From Pseudomonadota bacterium (GTDB taxonomy: Bacteria > Pseudomonadota > Gammaproteobacteria > Burkholderiales > Burkholderiaceae_C): a stretch of DNA of 64,000 bases. Shown piece after piece: positions 51,434 through 59,927 of this stretch (within the stretch, counting starts at the first letter, position 1; every line of letters begins with the position of its first letter). The notes below the pieces were generated by a model that worked only from the letters and a program-made list of their open reading frames with translations, did not search any database and was not told the DNA's origin. A program made the translations under genes and the position numbers. Where the stretch lies: NCBI GenBank assembly GCA_963205115.1, contig CAUJHV010000045.1, forward strand, positions 72,259 to 136,258, written 5' to 3'.

Positions 51434-52660
51434 TCAGATGCCAAAGGCGAGCGCCATCAAGCGGAATGAGTCGCCGAGACCTGAAACGCCACTGAAGGCA
51501 ACCAGGCTGCCGCCCAGGAACACATAGCCCATGGTGAGGGCCCAACCGACAACTCGACCGGCAGCGGTGCGGAAGAATCGAATCTTGGCCTTCTGTGCGA
51601 ACCGCCCCCAGAGGACGCACCCGGCTTGGCCGAGGCCATGCCAGAGTCCCCACGCCAGCCAATGCAGATTCGCGGCGTGCCACAACCCAACCAAGACGAA
51701 TGTGAGCACCACTGACATATACGGATTGCGCGTGATGCCGATCAGTGGCATGTAAACATAAGCCCGGCACCAATTGGTCAATGACATATGCCAGCGACGC
51801 CAAAAGTCCAGGATGTTCGTGGCCAACAGCGGGTAATCGAAGTTCTCTCCGATTCTGATCCCGAACAGCAGCATCGCCCCGATAGCCATATCAGAATAGG
51901 CAGAGAACTCCAAGTAGGTGCTCAGAGTTGTCAGCGCCAGATAGCTCCATACCGCCAACGCACTGGCAGGTTCTGCCGAACCGTTGACGTAGGCAACCAA
52001 ATCCGGTCCTGTGAAGCCCAATGCGGCCGCGTTGAGCTTTTCAACCAGAACCAGTTTCTTGATCAAGCCTTGTACGATGCGCGTCAAACCTTCCACGACG
52101 TCGCTGATCGCGAACGTTTGTGAACGCTTGGCCAAATAGTGGTCAAGACGCTCGATAGGTCCCGCTGTAAAGGTCGGGAACAAGAACAGCCACGACATGA
52201 AATCCAGGAAACTGTGCTCAGGCAGCGCCGCACGACCGCGTTCGAGTGCGTAGTGCATCAGCTTGAAACTGTAGTAGCTGATGCCGAGTGGGACGACGTA
52301 CGCGCGGGGATCCCCCGCCCCATAACGACTCGTAAAGATGGCGGGAGCGTACTTGAACCATATCAAGTAGCACAGGACCATAAGAAAAAACCAGGTGTAC
52401 CTGCGCGCGCGGGCCACCGGCTTTGGCAACCATGCAACGACGCCGCCTAGCCAACGCATCCGCCCTTCCGTCAGGGGTGAACAGCCAATATATACGGCAA
52501 CCGCCAAAGCGATCATCATGCCCAGGGCCTGAGCAGCTTCAACCAGCAGAATCGCAATGCTGACCAGGGCGAGAATATTCGGTCGCCATTTCGGGCGAGA
52601 TGCCCAGTAGATAGGTGGAAGCGCCAGAACGAAAATCCACCAGTTGACTGAATCTATTAT
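51434..52660 (-). CDS. MBOAT family O-acyltransferase (DltB/AlgI-like)
   Basis: PLGISYYSF, FPTFTAGPIER, FSAYSDMAIG, ENFDYP, FWRRWHMSL, GLWH (catalytic His); frame open to ATA at 52660, first ATG at 52519. Confidence 0.92.
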   Translation of the reverse strand: MIDSVNWWIFVLALPPIYWASRPKWRPNILALVSIAILLVEAAQALGMMIALAVAVYIGCSPLTEGRMRWLGGVVAWLPKPVARARRYTWFFLMVLCYLIWFKYAPAIFTSRYGAGDPRAYVVPLGISYYSFKLMHYALERGRAALPEHSFLDFMSWLFLFPTFTAGPIERLDHYLAKRSQTFAISDVVEGLTRIVQGLIKKLVLVEKLNAAALGFTGPDLVAYVNGSAEPASALAVWSYLALTTLSTYLEFSAYSDMAIGAMLLFGIRIGENFDYPLLATNILDFWRRWHMSLTNWCRAYVYMPLIGITRNPYMSVVLTFVLVGLWHAANLHWLAWGLWHGLGQAGCVLWGRFAQKAKIRFFRTAAGRVVGWALTMGYVFLGGSLVAFSGVSGLGDSFRLMALAFGI

Positions 52661-52835
52661 GATTACACCATCAAGTCAGAATAGGCGATGCGTGCGCCGA
52701 GCGACCCCATTAGTCGGTTCCGCTGCAAAGAAGCAGTCGCTTTTAATATGAAATGGACGCACCCGCCGAATAATCATCGTCAACTGAGTCGCACCCTTTC
52801 TTTTGGTGCCATTCGATGTATTCCTGTAGATCGAA

Positions 52836-52997
52836 TCAGAAGCCTTGGTAGATGAATGTCACGGGGCCACTTTCGAGCGTATTGAATCTGAGGCCTGCCA
52901 TAGCCAGCAGAACGCCAAGGACGACGCCTTGAGCGACCTGTCCAAGGCGCCATAGCCAACCTCTTGCAGGTTTCGCAGTTTTATGAGACCGAGTCAC
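52836..52997 (-). CDS. DltX-like small membrane protein (53 aa) ending FIYQGF
   Basis: GTG start with GGAAAGG upstream, overlaps the SGNH gene end; one hydrophobic helix; aromatic C-terminal hexapeptide with Tyr. Confidence 0.75.
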   Translation of the reverse strand: MTRSHKTAKPARGWLWRLGQVAQGVVLGVLLAMAGLRFNTLESGPVTFIYQGF

Positions 52998-54111
52998 GAA
53001 CGACCTTTCCAACTTCCAATTGCCTGACACACTCCGCCAGCTTCCTTCGGGCCAGGCCTTGCGCTCCAGCGTCATTCAAATGAGCATGATCTGGATAAAA
53101 GCCTTCATCAGATGTGCCCGGAATATCAAGCTCACAGTAGGGACTGCCGAACGCTTTCGCGAGGCTGGCGACCCTCTTCTTATAGTTTACATATGATTCT
53201 CGATCTGATCGGCTCTCGAGTAAACTATCGCTGATCGGTGTTTCCACGAACATGACCACATTCCCGCGCGCCTTCAAGTTGCGCACGGTGTGTTCGAGTA
53301 ATGCTTCAGCAAACCGATCCTCCGCCGTGCCTTCGCGCAGAATCTTCAACCATACGTCTCGCTTCACTTTGCGCCTCGCGGGAGTAGCGGTAAAGTCCGA
53401 TAGATAGATGTCGTACTTTTGGTCGGTCTGATGACCTAGAAGTAGTCGTTGAAATATACCCGACCATGGTCGATTGGAGAGGAATAATCGGTTGTCCCAG
53501 GCAAAAATGCCTGTCAGTGAATCCGGCTCTCCACATATAGGAGCCTTCAAGCTGGCGGACCACTCGGAATGAATTCCCAGGCGGCGCAAATTGCACCATC
53601 TCACATACTCGCTACGGGGATGCCCGAACCGCGCAAACCCTACGGAAAGAACGACGATGCCGGGGTCTCGTGCCGTTGCGTGTTCCGCCAGCGCAGCCTC
53701 ATCGTAGGGACCCTGCGCCGGCGTGGTGAAGAGATCCACACGCCAGTCGAGTTGAGTGACTTCTCTCAATGACTGCGCAAGCGCGCTTTCACTCACGAAC
53801 GTGTGCGCCATGATGGAATTTCCAATGGCGTACATTTTCGGCGATTCGCTCGGCGTTCTGGTTCCCGTTGAAATCTGCAAGGCCTTGCGCGTAGCGAACA
53901 TCTCTTGATCCCAGAGGGGACCTGGCAAATAAGCGCCGAGTGGGCCCGCAATGAACGACGGGGTCAAGACGACCAGTATCAATCCGACACTGAAGCCAGA
54001 AACGAGAAATGCCAGCGACAGTGAGAATATGGAAGGTGAAGTAAAACCACTCCAAAATGTCCGCCACGCTGCGAGACCAGTGTCGAGAAGACCTGCCAAT
54101 TTGAGTCGCAT
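52981..54111 (-). CDS. SGNH/DltD-like membrane-anchored acyltransferase
   Basis: N-terminal TM anchor, block I AIGNS, C-terminal DHAHLN (DxxH). Confidence 0.72.
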   Translation of the reverse strand: MRLKLAGLLDTGLAAWRTFWSGFTSPSIFSLSLAFLVSGFSVGLILVVLTPSFIAGPLGAYLPGPLWDQEMFATRKALQISTGTRTPSESPKMYAIGNSIMAHTFVSESALAQSLREVTQLDWRVDLFTTPAQGPYDEAALAEHATARDPGIVVLSVGFARFGHPRSEYVRWCNLRRLGIHSEWSASLKAPICGEPDSLTGIFAWDNRLFLSNRPWSGIFQRLLLGHQTDQKYDIYLSDFTATPARRKVKRDVWLKILREGTAEDRFAEALLEHTVRNLKARGNVVMFVETPISDSLLESRSDRESYVNYKKRVASLAKAFGSPYCELDIPGTSDEGFYPDHAHLNDAGAQGLARRKLAECVRQLEVGKVVRDSVS

Positions 54112-54130
54112 CTAACCAGATATATTCAGA

Positions 54131-55660
54131 TTACTTGAACAGGGTCTTGACGGCACGGTAGTCAGGCTTTCCATTCGGCGTCAAGGGAATCGCATCGATA
54201 ACGATATAAAGACGCGGTTGCATGAAGTTCGACATGCAATCACGCGCATATGCTTTGAGCGTGCCCACCGCAGACTTGCTGTCGGATCCCTCCTTCAGGA
54301 CTACCGCTGCAGCCACCATTTCGCCGATGATTTCATGATCCACCCCTACGATGGCGACGTCCTGGACAATCTTGTTGCCTCGGATCACGGCCTCAATTTC
54401 ATCGGGACTCACTCGAACACCCATCGACTTGATCAGCCGATCACGGCGCCCCTTGATATAGAGCAATCCTTGTTCGTCCTTCCATCCCATGTCACCAGAG
54501 AATACAACCAGCGGCGCACTGACGCCCTCGTGGCGCCACAACGGATCGGGGCGCAGAACCGCGGCCGTCGATACGGGGTCTGCCCAATAGCCTAGAAAAA
54601 CTCCCGTGCCGCGATGAACGATCTCTCCCAATTGCCCCGGCGGAGCCTCTTCGCCGTCGGGCCCCAGCACACTGATACTGACGCCCGGATACGCGAAACC
54701 TACAGATTCGGGGAATTTGCTCGCCAGGTGGGTTGGCAATCCAGCCCCACGGTACGTCTCCGTCATGCCGTAATTCAGCGATATTTCACAGTGTCCGAAG
54801 AGCTGGAGCAATTCCTGAAAAATCGCGGGTGATATTTTTCCCCCTGTATTCGTGACCAAGCGCAGCGAGCTGAGATCCGTGGTTCTGATGGGCGACAGCC
54901 CACGAATCAGCAATGCAAATATGGACGGCAGTCCCGCAAACACAGTCGGTCGGTGACGATCGATGGCTTCGCAAAGTGAAAACGGATTGCGGGCAACCGG
55001 AAGCACCTGGGTCAAACCCAGGAGGATGGTCGAAAGAAACTGGCCATAGCCATAGTCGAAGGACCACGGGATGGGGCACAGGATCCGATCGGTCTTCCGC
55101 AATTCCAGGGCCTCGGCAACCATCCGGCACCCGCGGACCAGATTGGAATGCGATTGAACGACTCCCTTGGGCATCCCGGTCGAACCGGAGGTAAAGAAAA
55201 TGGAGGCCGGCTCATTGTCATGGATGACATTTCGCGGGGCGTCCGTATCGATCGGGAGCGCTTTCCAGTCTGGCAGTTCGATGACCGGCGGCCCTTCGCA
55301 CTGACAGGCCCGCTGGAAGTTCTGCGACTCGACAATGGCCAGTGACGGCTTGATCAATCGGATCGCATGCTCGAAGTGTGTGGCCGGGGCTTCGTCATTG
55401 ACCAGGGCAACGATGGCGCCGATTTGCCAGCAAGCCAGCATGGCAGCGGCCGCTTCCGCCGAATTGCCGACCCAGAGCAAGCAGCGATCGCCTGGGCCCA
55501 ATCCCGACGTCGCCAATTGCCCGGCGGCGCGCAGCGCCAAGGTGTGCAGCTGACGAAAGGTGATGGCGCGCTCGCCGCAGACGATCGCGTCGCGTTCTGG
55601 CGCCTCGCGCACGACCGCCGCAAAACCGCGCCATAGCGCGCCACCGAGTTCGCGCGTCAC
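54131..55660 (-). CDS. Adenylate-forming ligase (DltA-like / exosortase-associated acyl-ligase type)
   Basis: FTSGSTGMPKG, SFDYG, NYGMTE, SGD, GRRD..IKSMG.RVSP, PNGK; GTGA overlap with upstream gene. Confidence 0.9.
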   Translation of the reverse strand: MTRELGGALWRGFAAVVREAPERDAIVCGERAITFRQLHTLALRAAGQLATSGLGPGDRCLLWVGNSAEAAAAMLACWQIGAIVALVNDEAPATHFEHAIRLIKPSLAIVESQNFQRACQCEGPPVIELPDWKALPIDTDAPRNVIHDNEPASIFFTSGSTGMPKGVVQSHSNLVRGCRMVAEALELRKTDRILCPIPWSFDYGYGQFLSTILLGLTQVLPVARNPFSLCEAIDRHRPTVFAGLPSIFALLIRGLSPIRTTDLSSLRLVTNTGGKISPAIFQELLQLFGHCEISLNYGMTETYRGAGLPTHLASKFPESVGFAYPGVSISVLGPDGEEAPPGQLGEIVHRGTGVFLGYWADPVSTAAVLRPDPLWRHEGVSAPLVVFSGDMGWKDEQGLLYIKGRRDRLIKSMGVRVSPDEIEAVIRGNKIVQDVAIVGVDHEIIGEMVAAAVVLKEGSDSKSAVGTLKAYARDCMSNFMQPRLYIVIDAIPLTPNGKPDYRAVKTLFK

Positions 55661-56961
55661 GTTTGCGACCCATTTTCGGCTGCGGCACGATGCCGCCCCA
55701 AGGTCTCCCAATGGTTCAGCCTGCTTTCGGTTGCATCGACTTGGCTGTCCCCATCCAAGAGTACCTCGGCCGGCTCCGGATGACTGATGAACCGCGTCGG
55801 ACTTGCCGTAATTCCGTATGCACCGGAACCTCCGACCGCCAGCAGGTTGCCGACGTGGACTTCCGGTAGTTCGATGTTGGTTGCCAAAATGTCTATCGTC
55901 GTGCAAAGCGGGCCGACCAGCAGGTATTTCTGCTTGGCACCCAGAGGATTCGAGAGGTTTTGTATGTGCCAGTTTCGACGGATCACAGTGCCCATCATGC
56001 CGCAGGCAGCCAGGTGATTGTTGAAGCCGGCATCGCACGCGCGTATCTGAACGCCGCGACTCTCCTTTGCGGCGACCACGCTGGTCACCAGCCACCCGGC
56101 GGGGCCGACAATCCAGCGCCCCATCTCGAGTATGCAGTTGGCATCGGCAAACCGTGGTTCGGACCTGAGCGAATCGACTGCCGGCATGATCCGTTCCGCC
56201 AGAGCATTCATATCTAACGGTGACTCACCATCCATGTATGGAATACCGAAACCAGAACCAAATATGAGTTTCTTGGGGTGAATATCGGCTCGATCGGAAG
56301 CCCTTTTGAACAGATCGATGAATATATTGAAGTTTTCAGCGATCGCATCGACATTCAAACTGTTTGTGCCGGAATAGATGTGGAACCCGATCAATTCGAG
56401 TCCCGGCAAGGCCCGGATGATGTCGATGGCTTCGCCGCACACCTCTTCGTCGATGCCAAATTGGCTTGGCTTTCCCGCCATATTCACGCCAAAGTGCCGC
56501 GGCACTCTGACCGGATTGAGCCGGATCAGAACGTTCTGCGTGACCCCCAACTCTTGCGCGACCGCACTCGCCAACCTCGCTTCTGGAACTGATTCGAGCA
56601 CCAGTTCTCCGAGGCCGCAGGCAATGGCGCCGCGAATCTCTGAAACTCTCTTGGCAGGACCAGAAAATGTTAAGTTTCGAGGATCGAAGCCGGCCTTCAG
56701 GCCTCTTTCGACCTCGCCGAACGACGAGACATCGAGGGTTGTGACCAGTGGATTCAACGCTCTCAGGAGCTCGATATTCGGATTCGACTTGGCCGCGAAG
56801 CTGACGCCGAAGTTTCTGCCGAACAGACGGGTCAGTGTCCCGAATCTCTCGCGAATGATGTCCAGATCATAGACATAGGCGGGCGTGCCTACGGATTCCG
56901 CAGCCCTTCTGATGCGATTCATGCCGATTTGTGGATGATCGCCTTTCGTATCCGAATCCAT
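55657..56961 (-). CDS. Fold-type III PLP-dependent decarboxylase (LysA/BtrK-like)
   Basis: TPAYVYD, FAAKSNP (PLP Lys), SQFG, HIYSG, GSGFG, EMGRW, GPLCTTID, GAYG. Confidence 0.9.
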   Translation of the reverse strand: MDSDTKGDHPQIGMNRIRRAAESVGTPAYVYDLDIIRERFGTLTRLFGRNFGVSFAAKSNPNIELLRALNPLVTTLDVSSFGEVERGLKAGFDPRNLTFSGPAKRVSEIRGAIACGLGELVLESVPEARLASAVAQELGVTQNVLIRLNPVRVPRHFGVNMAGKPSQFGIDEEVCGEAIDIIRALPGLELIGFHIYSGTNSLNVDAIAENFNIFIDLFKRASDRADIHPKKLIFGSGFGIPYMDGESPLDMNALAERIMPAVDSLRSEPRFADANCILEMGRWIVGPAGWLVTSVVAAKESRGVQIRACDAGFNNHLAACGMMGTVIRRNWHIQNLSNPLGAKQKYLLVGPLCTTIDILATNIELPEVHVGNLLAVGGSGAYGITASPTRFISHPEPAEVLLDGDSQVDATESRLNHWETLGRHRAAAENGSQT

Positions 56962-56967
56962 AGAGGG

Positions 56968-57210
56968 TCAAACAGGGACCATTGCCACATATCGAAGAAT
57001 TCTCGACATGCTGTCAAAGTTGTCCAGATTGACATCGGACGGCGAGATGGTGATGTCGGCCTCTGATTCGATGAAAGTCATCAGAGAAACCAGCGCAAAG
57101 CTGTCCACAATACCGCCGCTGAAAAGTGGCGTATCCTCGGTTATGTCGACAACGTCGACACCCAGTTCGTCTTCGAGAAACTGTTTCAATTGATCAAGCG
57201 AAAGCGGCAT
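56968..57210 (-). CDS. Acyl/aminoacyl carrier protein (DltC-like)
   Basis: 80 aa acidic protein with GIVDSF phosphopantetheine Ser and NFDS end. Confidence 0.9.
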   Translation of the reverse strand: MPLSLDQLKQFLEDELGVDVVDITEDTPLFSGGIVDSFALVSLMTFIESEADITISPSDVNLDNFDSMSRILRYVAMVPV

Positions 57211-57266
57211 AACACATCCAATACGAATAAATTGATTAAAGTCGGCAAAGATCAGTGATTCATTTG

Positions 57267-57291
57267 GAAACAATCAGAAAGATCTTGTTTC
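57267..57291. promoter_or_regulatory. Inverted repeat upstream of the ACP operon (candidate operator)
   Basis: GAAACAA-N11-TTGTTTC in the AT-rich region upstream of the ACP gene. Confidence 0.35.
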
Positions 57292-57948
57292 AAAGTCGGG
57301 GCCTGGTTGCCCGCTGAGCAGCTATGGCAACAGCGCTCAAGCCACGCCCCCCCAGCGCGAGAGAACCCCCGAAAAGATGGTGAATCTCGAGCATTTGTTC
57401 ACGCCGGGGCGAGCATAAACAGCCTGGGGGGCTACCCCTGCCCTTGAACATGGGATTTGTACCCCCGAGCTTCGGGGTAGCTTTGGGGCCCGGACATATC
57501 CGAACCCGAAGGCAATGACCCGCTTGTTTCACCGCGGTTGAGTTTTGCGGTTTCGGTGAGTTCTTTGCGGTGTTCCGGCGGTTTGCGAAGTCAGGTTCAT
57601 CACCCCGAGGCGCGGGATGTGGCCCTGGCTGTCCGACTCCAGCCGCGCGTTCACGGGCCGCTCGTGCGGCCAACGCTGCGCGGCGTAGCTGAACACGACT
57701 ACCAGCCGCTGCGGTGTGCCCCTGCGCTTACACTGCGCGTGAAATGTCCATGGTGATGCGCTGCCAGCCACCGGTGACGCGCCCAGCCGCGACACCAGGT
57801 TCCAAACATGGTGTCCAGGCACGGATGGCTGTCAACCGGCCCTGGGGCGCAGCCCCTGTCGGGCACCCGACGCAGCCTCTGGGCGCCGCTACGAGGTCAC
57901 GCCTGGCCGCTGGGCTCGGTCGTTTCGGGGCCTCACAGGCCCGGCGGC

Positions 57949-57954
57949 TACAAT
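57949..57954 (+). promoter_or_regulatory. -10 box of tRNA operon
   Basis: TACAAT followed by GC-rich discriminator CCGCCGC. Confidence 0.6.
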
Positions 57955-57967
57955 CCGCCGCTTCAGT

Positions 57968-58044
57968 CGGGGTGTAGCGCAGCCTGGTAGCGCAACTGCT
58001 TTGGGAGCAGTGGGTCGGATGTTCGAATCATCTCACCCCGACCA
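57968..58044 (+). tRNA. tRNA-Pro (TGG)
   Basis: CGGGGTG...CACCCCG acceptor stem, CTGCT-TTTGGGA-AGCAG-type anticodon arm with TGG, GTTCGAATC T-loop, CCA end. Confidence 0.96.
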
Positions 58045-58128
58045 CCTCACACGATCGATCGGCCGTCCATCGCCGCGCGATCACGGCCCGCGACGCGCGG
58101 CCGGCACCGAACGGGCGCCGCGCCCGAT

Positions 58129-58205
58129 CTGCCCGTAGCTCAACTGGATAGAGCAGCTGCCTTCTAAGCAGCAGGTCGGGGGTTCGAGTCCCTCCGGGCA
58201 GGCCA
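58129..58205 (+). tRNA. tRNA-Arg (TCT)
   Basis: CTGCCCG...CGGGCAG stem, anticodon loop CTTCTAA, GGTTCGAGTCC, CCA end. Confidence 0.96.
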
Positions 58206-58275
58206 ACCCGGCATCCACGTGCCCGCCGATGCTGCCCTGCGTCGCGTACGGCAATCGCCCAGGCGAATGTGTCGA

Positions 58276-59052
58276 TCAGGCCCTCGGCCAGCGGAAGGCG
58301 GGCGGCTGCTTGTCGAGGAATGCGCGCAAGGCCTGCTGCGTGTAGCCGCTGCCGAAGCACAGGGCCTGCGCATTGGCCTCGCGGTCGAGCAGGGTCGCCA
58401 GTTCGCCGGGTTCGATCATCGTGCGCTTGATGATGCTCGTCGCCAGCGGCGACGCCGAGCCGAAGCTCTCGGCCATCGCCAGCGCGCGCGCCAGCAGCTG
58501 ATCGCTTTCGTGCACTTCCATCACCATGCCCAGCTCGCGGGCCTCCTGCGCGCCGACCTCTCGCGCCGACAACATCAATTCCTTTGCGCGCTGCGCCCCC
58601 ACCGCGCGCGGCAGCGTGTAGAAGATGCCGCAGTCGGGCACCAGCCCCAGCCGCATGAAGGACAGGCAAAAGCGTGCGCGCGGCGACGCCAGCACGATGT
58701 CCGCCGCCAGCGCCAGGCCGAAGCCCGCGCCGAAGGCCGCGCCGTCCACTGCCGCGATGACCGGTTTGTCCAGCGTGATCAGCTCGGCGATCCACTGCTG
58801 GATCGCGTGCATGCGCTGGCGCCACTCCGCACCTTCGCGGGGCGACTCGGACATGCCGCGGATGTCGCCGCCGGCACAGAAGTGGCCGTTGGCGCCGGCG
58901 ATCACGAGCACGCGGATTTCCGGATCGGTGCGCACGGTGCTGATCGCTCGCGCCAGCCCTTCGCGCACCTCGGTGGTGAAGGCGTTGCGCGTCGCGGGGC
59001 TGTCGATGCTCACCAGGGCGGTGGCGCCGTGGCGTTCGAAACGGACACTCAT
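58276..59052 (-). CDS. Enoyl-CoA hydratase/isomerase family protein
   Basis: FCAGGDI, KPVIAAVDGAAFGAG, GLVPDCG. Confidence 0.92.
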   Translation of the reverse strand: MSVRFERHGATALVSIDSPATRNAFTTEVREGLARAISTVRTDPEIRVLVIAGANGHFCAGGDIRGMSESPREGAEWRQRMHAIQQWIAELITLDKPVIAAVDGAAFGAGFGLALAADIVLASPRARFCLSFMRLGLVPDCGIFYTLPRAVGAQRAKELMLSAREVGAQEARELGMVMEVHESDQLLARALAMAESFGSASPLATSIIKRTMIEPGELATLLDREANAQALCFGSGYTQQALRAFLDKQPPAFRWPRA

Positions 59053-59247
59053 GCGGTGTGCTCCTGTGGCTGTGGTTCGGGCGGCGGCGGGCGGCAGCTG
59101 TCGAAGGGACTTCCCTTGCGCAGGGCCCGCAAGCGTGCCGTGCGCCTGACGATCGGCGGATGGTCTGGCCGGTGGTCGAACCCGACGATACCCGTGTCGC
59201 GACTGGCCCCTTCAGGATCGCGCAGCCGGGTGAACGACAATGGTCAG

Positions 59248-59514
59248 ATGAATTCCCTGCTGAACGCTTCGCTGTACGAGTGCCCCGACCGGGGTGTGCA
59301 AGGTCCGCTGCTGCTGAGCGCCGACGGCCCGCAAGGCTGGTTCGTGGCCGAACGCTCGGTCGAAGGCGCCTGGACGCAGCTGGCTGCGGTGCCCGAGCAG
59401 CTGGACGCGTCCTGGAGCCGTGTCGAGGGCGATCTGGCGTCCGAGGTGCTGTACATGGGCGCCTGCGAAGCCCTGTGGCCGGGTGTCGATCCCTGGTCGC
59501 GCCTGCCGGCCTGA
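59248..59514 (+). CDS. Hypothetical protein (88 aa)
   Basis: Globular-looking sequence with host-like codon bias (MNSLLNASLYECPDRG...). Confidence 0.55.
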   Translation: MNSLLNASLYECPDRGVQGPLLLSADGPQGWFVAERSVEGAWTQLAAVPEQLDASWSRVEGDLASEVLYMGACEALWPGVDPWSRLPA

Positions 59515-59627
59515 GCATCGAAGGCAGGAGGACGGCGCGCAGGCGGGTCGGGCAAGGCGGCGGATCGCGTCGGCCGGGTGTCGGCGCGCAACGGGCCCGG
59601 CCTTGGCCGGGCCCCTTCAATTGAGGC

Positions 59628-59927
59628 TCAAGGCACCTTGGCCAGGATCTGATCCATCTCGGCAGCCGTCCATGCCCGCATGGACTTCGCGCGCACATTG
59701 CCTTGTGTCGCGATGGCCAGGCTGAAGGCAGCGAGCGATGGCTCGTCCTTGGCCTCCAGGATGCAGACCATATCGCACTCGCCCATGGTCCACAGGATCT
59801 CCCGCATGTTCACGCCGAAGCGGCTGGCGACCTCCTTGGCCGCGGCCGCACGTTGCGTGGTGGACTTGACGCCTTGCAAACCCTTGTCGGTAAAGCTCAT
59901 CAGGCCGACGTACGTGATCATCATCAC
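59628..59927 (-). CDS. GYD domain protein
   Basis: FTDKG, WTMGECD (GYD-like), GNVRAKSMRA; AGGAGG SD upstream. Confidence 0.85.
   Translation of the reverse strand: MMMITYVGLMSFTDKGLQGVKSTTQRAAAAKEVASRFGVNMREILWTMGECDMVCILEAKDEPSLAAFSLAIATQGNVRAKSMRAWTAAEMDQILAKVP

Larger units (their letters stand above)
49546..57879. mobile_element. Low-GC horizontally acquired island (no integrase or transposase seen)
   Basis: Abrupt GC drop (hand count: line 49381 is 50/60 GC, line 53401 is 24/60); 11-bp direct repeat GACGCAGCCTC at 49546-49556 and 57869-57879; ends just upstream of tRNA-Pro. Confidence 0.7.

Noticed and set aside
55657-56961. Calling the decarboxylase housekeeping lysA
   Set aside because: Sits on a low-GC island coupled to an ACP and a ligase; EMGR and CTTID differ from LysA EPGR and CESGD
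51434-57210. Calling the island a canonical dlt (D-alanylation) or algIJF (acetylation) operon
   Set aside because: The decarboxylase and dehydrogenase are not needed for D-Ala or acetyl transfer; the ligase looks closer to the FDYG-type exosortase-associated ligases
57322-57350. Sigma54 promoter (TGGC...TTGC) upstream of the ACP operon
   Set aside because: GG-to-GC spacing is 13 nt rather than the required 10
58129-58205. tRNA-Arg(TCT) imported to serve AGA codons of the island
   Set aside because: It lies outside the low-GC segment and the direct repeat, in host-like DNA, and looks like a core tRNA pair with tRNA-Pro
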